Positions 57,977-64,000 of a stretch of 64,000 nt of DNA are shown one piece after another; positions within the stretch are counted from its first letter, which is position 1, and the number at the start of each line of letters is the position of its first letter. This DNA comes from Rhizaria sp. SCN 62-66 (lineage: Eukaryota), in NCBI GenBank assembly GCA_001724265.1, contig MEDY01000085.1:1-64000 (forward strand), given 5' to 3'. Under the pieces are notes generated by a model that made no database searches, was not told the origin of the DNA, and saw only the letters and a program-made list of their open reading frames with translations. The position numbers were made by a program, and so were the translations under genes.

Positions 57977-59422
57977 ATGGGCCGCAAGCGCTTCGCACAG
58001 AACGCCCCGACAACGGCCGCCTCGGCCACCGCCACAGACGCCGCTGAACCGCTCCCGCTGGAGCCGTTCCTGGCTGCGTACGTGGACGAGATCGCGCAGT
58101 GCCAGCCGCTGGTGCGCGAGTCTGCCGCAGTGCGTGCGCAGCTCGAGCAGACGGTCGCCGCGAGCGTGGGCATGCTGCGCGCGGAGGGCGCGGCCGAGGT
58201 TGCGCTGTGCCGCGCGCCGGGCTGCCAGACGTGCTCTTGGGCGTCGACGCGCAAGGCATGCTCCATGTGCGCCGCCCCGCTCAAAGACAGCAACAACAAC
58301 ACGAGTATCAACCCCGCCAAGGACGCCGGCGCCGGCAAGAACAAGACTGCTACCGCGGTGCCTGTCGCTGCGAGTGCGACTGCGGCTGCTGCGACCGTGG
58401 CCTCGCAGATCCCCGTGTTTATCCCCATCGCCGACGACGCGGCGGGCGCGGCCGCGGCAACGATGCACATCGAGGTCTGCAGTCTCTGCTCGCCGCTGTG
58501 CGCGGCCTACCTCGTCGACGGCGCCGGGCTGGCGGCCTCGGACCCGGCCTCGCGCCGCCGCGGGCTCGCCGCCTTCCCGCCAACCACGCTGCACCTTCTG
58601 TTCCACGCCTCGGCGCTCGCGGCCGCTCTCTACGCCTTCCTCGCCACGGACCTCCCCGCGCTCGCGCCCCCGCTGGCCGACGGCGGGGCTGCAGCGAGCG
58701 CGAGTTTGCTGCTGCAGCTGATGACGAACCCGTTGTGCTGCGCGCTGGCGCTGTCGGCTGCGGCGTGGTTTGTCGCCGTCATGCGCGACACGCTCTGGCT
58801 CATCCGCGGCACGCTGCCCTCGCGCGTGCTGCTGGCCAACGTCGCCGCCACGCTCGCCGCCGCCGCGCAGCCGATGCACTGCGTCGTTGCCGCCGCCGCG
58901 CTCGCCGCCGCGGCGGCTGCGGGCAAGCTCGACCTGCTCGCCGAGAGCTGCACTGGCGCCGAAGCTGCTCTCACCGACGCCGCGACTACTGTCCCAGCGA
59001 CCGCGGCTGTGGCGGAGGGCGGCTTTGCGGCGCAGGTGCTGGGCCGGCTGCTGGGTGCCGCCGCGACGACCGCTACCGCGACCGTGACGGAGCCAGGCGC
59101 GTGTCTCGCCGCGTCGTCGCCGCTGGCGCAGCTGCCGCTGTTGACACTGCTGCCGCTGCTGCTCGTGCTCGTCGACAACACGGCGCTGGCGCTGCGGCCG
59201 CCGCGCGCGCCGTCGCGCACCGTCACGGCCGCGGCGCCCGCGCTGGCGGCGCTGGTGGCCGTTGCTGTGGGGCTGTGCTATCCGGGCGAGTCGACCGCCG
59301 TGGCCGTCGCCGTCGCGGGCGCCTGTGCCGTCATCGTGTGCGACGTCGTGCGCGGCTGGCTCGACGCGCTTGCACGCCGCTGCGCCAAGGAGAAGGTCCG
59401 CAAGACACCGAGGAAGCTCTGA
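57977..59422 (+). CDS. Uncharacterised membrane protein with Cys-cluster N-terminal region (~481 aa)
   Basis: Starts MGRKRFAQ. Contains CRAPGCQTC...CSMC and CSLCSPLC motifs, several hydrophobic segments and a basic C-tail. Ends in TGA. Confidence 0.65.
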   Translation: MGRKRFAQNAPTTAASATATDAAEPLPLEPFLAAYVDEIAQCQPLVRESAAVRAQLEQTVAASVGMLRAEGAAEVALCRAPGCQTCSWASTRKACSMCAAPLKDSNNNTSINPAKDAGAGKNKTATAVPVAASATAAAATVASQIPVFIPIADDAAGAAAATMHIEVCSLCSPLCAAYLVDGAGLAASDPASRRRGLAAFPPTTLHLLFHASALAAALYAFLATDLPALAPPLADGGAAASASLLLQLMTNPLCCALALSAAAWFVAVMRDTLWLIRGTLPSRVLLANVAATLAAAAQPMHCVVAAAALAAAAAAGKLDLLAESCTGAEAALTDAATTVPATAAVAEGGFAAQVLGRLLGAAATTATATVTEPGACLAASSPLAQLPLLTLLPLLLVLVDNTALALRPPRAPSRTVTAAAPALAALVAVAVGLCYPGESTAVAVAVAGACAVIVCDVVRGWLDALARRCAKEKVRKTPRKL

Positions 59423-59769
59423 GCAAGAGGCGAACGCTTAGTAGACAGAGGGAGTTTGGTTACATAGTAGACTTTGTTGTGTTCACTGTGGAAAGAACAT
59501 CGATGTTCTTCCGCTAATGAATTTAATGGGTGTGTTTGACAAAAAAATGAAATATTGTGTATTATTATGTTTTATTAATAAGCCTACGTATAAATTAACG
59601 CAGATTAATCAACACAGAAGCAGTTTCGGTGATGAGTTATACCTCAGCTGAGTGTGTAAACTACGTGTGATGTAATATTCGAGACACGACATATTAGAAC
59701 ACTTAATACTTAGACAACTAAAACAAAAACGAAAAAGCATCAAAACATTCCATGACGTCTTGAAACAAC

Positions 59770-62700
59770 TTATGTGGACTCATTCTTCTGTTTCCCCCGG
59801 TAGTTCTGAAGCACTGCGAACGCTTGCTCGCGCGCGAACTGCATCATCTCCGGCGACGCGCCGGCCAGTCGCGCGCACGCCAGCGCGGCGTTTTGTGCAG
59901 CCGGCTCCCAGCGCGGGTTGTCGCGCCGCAGCAACAGCATCACGCACGAGCCAACGGCGTGCAACACACCAACGCCCCGCAGAGGCCCCGTTCGCTGAGC
60001 GGCCGAGGCAGACGCAGCCTTTCCCGTTGCAGCGCCGCCTGCAGCGTCGACGATAGCACTGAGCTCCGACTCCCACTCCTTGAGCTTGTCCTTCTTGGCT
60101 GCGCCTTCCAAGAAGCTCCCCCGCACCTCGCACGCCGATAGCACAGCGCGTGTTGAGGTCAGAACGGCAGCGCGGACAAACGCAGACGGCGCGGTCGAGA
60201 AGTGCTTGCTCCAGACAGCCTGTGAAACCATCGGCGGCGGCAACTGTGCAATTTTAACCACGACTTGCGCGAAGTTGCCCGCAGTTTGCGGCGACCACGA
60301 GTTAAGCACGAGCGACACAACGCCGGCCACGCCAGAGCCTGATGCAAGCGTCACGGCGTCATGAATGTAGTCCTCGCTGCGGGCTGATAACTTACATAGC
60401 TCCACGGCGCGCGCTGCTGCCAAGGCATGCGCGATGCCCGTGGGCAGCGCGCCTGCGGGTGCCGGAAGCGCGGACCCGGGGGCCAAACCCAGGTGCTCCG
60501 ACGTTATGTAGCCGGTCGCGCGCTCCCATTGCTCCGCAAAGCCCCTGTTCATAGGCACCGTTTTCCCCCAGCTCGTAACTGCCGTGTTTGATGCCGCCTT
60601 GCGCGCATTGGGGTGCGCCGCTAGGGCGGCAGCCTTGGCCGAGACGGGCCCCGGTGAAGGGAACTGGTCGAGCTCGCGCGAGGCCTGCTGCGGGTCGTGC
60701 TGACACAGTACCGCGACGATGCGCATACAGTGGTCGCCGAGCTAGATAAGCTGATCCAGGCGCGTCACAACCTCTTGCTGAGTACTGCGCTTTGAAAACG
60801 AATCCCTCGCATTGTTGCCATCTGACAGTTGGCTGTTCTCCGGCATTGCAGCAACCGCAATAGAAGCGATTCCCGTGCCAAGCATAAGTCCAATGCCATT
60901 GCGCGCTAGCAGATCATCGCGCACAGCGAGATTTCCTGTTGCAAGCCGCGAGAGCAAAGCTGCAATGCACATCATGAGTTGCAGGTAGAGTCCGGAGCAC
61001 GTAACACGGAATGAAGTCGTTCCTGTCAGTGAGGGCGCCAACAGCGCGAAAAGTGCCCATGGCAATGCAGGTGCCGCTGTGACAATGCGTGTTGCTGACT
61101 CGACGCCTGCGGCAACGGCGAACGCCATCAACAGGTGAAGCGCTTCATGAAGCAGCTTCATGTGACTGTTCAGGACACCGAAAGCCGGCGCAGGTGTCAG
61201 GGGGAGTACTAGCGTCATATTCCAGCGGTCAAAGACAGGTACACTCAGCACGTAGAAACAAGCACGCAACACAATGCCAGTGACGATCTCTATAGAACCC
61301 CCCTTAATGGGGTTGCCATCATCATTATCGGCAACGAGGGCGCCGTCCTCTGGCTCATCGGGCATGCTGGGCGCGGCCAGGCGAGTGCAGAGTGCGGTGT
61401 TGGCAGCGAGATTAGAAAGCACCTGAACCACGCTGCAGTGCAGCATGGATATTGACTCCGAGGTGGCGACGCGAAGCTGTTTGCCAATCGACACGCTCTT
61501 CATAGCCTGGAACTGGACGCCATGATTGGCAAGGTAACTTTTCACGCTCTTGCCCCACAAGTCATCGATGAAAGGCGCGGCAACAAAGCCGGCGAACGTA
61601 CTCGCCATTTGTATGGCAATAAGCTGCTTTGCATTTACTAAGGCTTGGGCGACATCACGCACCTGCGATAGGATCTGAACCCGTTCAACCAGATCTTGTG
61701 GCAGAGTCTGTTCCACTGTGGCACCCTTACCTCCCTTGGACCCAGTCTTTTTGTGCGAAAGTTCATTCAACTTCTTGCGCTCGCGCATGAGCTGCTCGTT
61801 AGCAGCCACAAACTCGCGATCGTGGCGCGCGAATTCGCGATATGCACTGGCAACTGCGTGCACAGTCAGTGAGAGTTGAATTTCAGCTGCGGTGCTATTT
61901 GAAAATCGCACGCCAACGCCGAAGCCGAACTCGGGCCCCGCAGCTGAGTACTCGGCACCATCGGTTGGGCTGACAGAAAAGTTGTCGTCCACTGCAACGC
62001 GAAGCGTCTTGAGCAGCGCCGCGAGCAGACTCGCTCCCGGCTGCCAGCCATTTGGCGTCAGTGCCTTGACGCGCTCGTCGCTCGTGAGGTTCACAGTCAT
62101 GTCAAGCAGGTGCTGCGTTGCGCCACGGCGCACGAGCCGCTGGCCCGAGGGCAGGACGGACGCCGCGTCGACGGGGCGGTGCTCAGCGGTGCTGTAGGGA
62201 GTCGGAGGCCTCTTACTCGCAATGGTGCGCAGTATCTCCCGTGTGTACATGTCCTCCGCGAGTGCCGTGCTCGTTGCCATCATCAAGATTTCCAGCAGAT
62301 CTTCTTGCCCCGAACCTGCGCGCATGTCAGCAGCAGACGCCGCTGGCATGACCCTGTTCACGGCGCTGTCAAAGATCTTCGCACGCACCACACTTGACTC
62401 CAGAACGTCACACAGAAAGCCGGTGGCAATCTCGAGCGTCACCGCGATTGCGCTGAGCCATGACTCAGTGGGTGCGTGCGTCGCGGCAGCAGCGACTGTC
62501 ATCATAGCATCCTGAATTTGCGCAGCTTCTCTAGCGACAATATCACTGGTGTCACCGTCGTTGTATCTGTCCATGTTACTCAGATTGACCTCGCCGTGAG
62601 GCGGGGAGTTGCCGTGAGCCTGCATGTTCACACACTGCATAATCACGCTCTCGAGCTGCAACAGCTGGTGCACGAGACGGGCGACGATTCTTACGACGCC

Positions 62701-64000
62701 ACAATGCAACATGTTTGCGGCGGTGGTTGAGCGCAGTGGCACGAGAGAGCGGAGTACGATGAGAATGCGGGCCAGGGCTACCCAGTGCGCGTCTACGTCT
62801 TGTGCTCGTTGGCGTCCGTCAGAGTCGATCTCGGAGAGACGGCAATCATAGTTGATGCTGTTACCATGACCCTTCATCAACTCCTGTTTGGCGCACTTGC
62901 GCGCATCGTTTCGGATGGCCATAATCGACTTAATGGCGCTGGGCCCCGGCAGCAGTGTCACAGTGTATATCAACGCGTGCATCAGCGTGCGAATCCCTTT
63001 CCGCCCGGCAAAGTTGTACTGTTTATACAAGCTCGCTGACGTGATGCAACGCATGACCGTTGATAGTGGTGTTAGTGTCGCAGCCTCTTTGCGCCACGCC
63101 CATGTCTGCAGCAAGCGTAGCGGGCCCGATGCAATACGTGGTGCACTAAAAAGCGAGGATGTGTACTTCACATTGTCGGCCTCTGTAGCGGTGAGGAGTT
63201 CGAGCACGTCTTTGCTTAAATCAGCACTTGTGTCGTCATTTTTATTTTCTCCACCCAGTCCAAGGTGGAAGAAAACGAGGTTCCGTAGTGATGCACCAGG
63301 AAGCTGGGCATAGACACCCAAAAAACAGCGTGCAGCCAACAGGTCATCTGATACGCGCTGATCGACTTCAGACGCCACGCGAGGGAATAAGGACCTCAAA
63401 CTGACGAGCTCATCCACGGGCACCTACTCCAGCGCAGCACGCGCAGCAACGGCACTGTCGCTGTTGCCACCCACGCTCGCGCCGCGACGGCCCTTGCGTG
63501 CGCCGCCCAAACTGGAGTGGTGCGGGATAATGTCGGCAATCGGGTCTGCACCGGACGTTTGTGAGCGCGAAGCGTTAGACAGGGTCAAATCAACGAATGC
63601 TAGAGCCTGCAATGACAACTGCGCCATTGACATCTCCGAATCGTGGTGCATCTCTTGAAAGATGATATCGAGGTCCTGATCATCAAAGTCCTCACTGTCG
63701 CCAAACCTAGCGGCCCAGGCGTGCTGTAGCGCAGCGTCGCTGGCGCCGAAGAGCTTGTCAAAGCCGTCGTCGTCGTCGTACCTGTCGCCAAAGGTGCCGT
63801 TCTTGCCGACAAGGCGTTCCTACTTGGATTTGAACGTTACTTTTTCCGTCCGAGCACGGGTGTCGCCAAGGGTAGCAGTGTCCTCACCGTCGTTAAAGTC
63901 GATGTCATTGATGTCACGCGTGTTGCTGCCATGAACGCAATTGGTTGAGCTGTTAGACTTGTTGTTATTATCAGTACCATAGATGCGCCGCGCTCGACGG
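59770..64000 (-). CDS. Large helical/ARM-like repeat protein, 5'-partial (>1400 aa) with three in-frame TAG codons; C-terminus weakly reminiscent of TTC12
   Basis: One frame is open from the window edge to TAA at 59770-59772 except for TAG at 63820, 63424 and 60742, which join ORFs 63424..63651, 60742..63423 and 59770..60726. ARM-like segments include VLSNLAAN, TAGNFAQ and QNAALACARLA. Confidence 0.72.

Overview
Gene-dense nuclear DNA from a eukaryote, probably a protist. It has GC-rich coding regions, AT-richer spacers and a few short GT-AG introns whose donors read GTACG(C/T). About 20 protein-coding genes can be supported: eL8/RPL7A (3' end), ETFA, DUS1-like, VPS18, AsnRS, an RNF121/175-like E3, a two-LIM protein, PABP, dynein LC8, a SepH/MAP3K-epsilon-like kinase, a UBL-NZF protein, an FAD oxidoreductase, PFDN6, a WD40/PH protein, an ankyrin-HDAC fusion and five uncharacterised genes. 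The main signal is an apparent non-standard nuclear genetic code in which TAG is a sense codon (most likely Gln) while TAA and TGA remain stops. Eleven in-frame TAGs in five genes join or extend standard-code ORF fragments exactly in frame. Once DUS1 is read through its TAG, none of the 20 genes ends in TAG (14 TAA, 6 TGA). Re-reading this way restores a 2,695-aa gene, a 1,502-aa signal-peptide RING E3 and a >1,400-aa gene. All assignments come from reading motifs by eye; no database searches were run, and no tRNA, rRNA, CRISPR array or mobile element was recognised.
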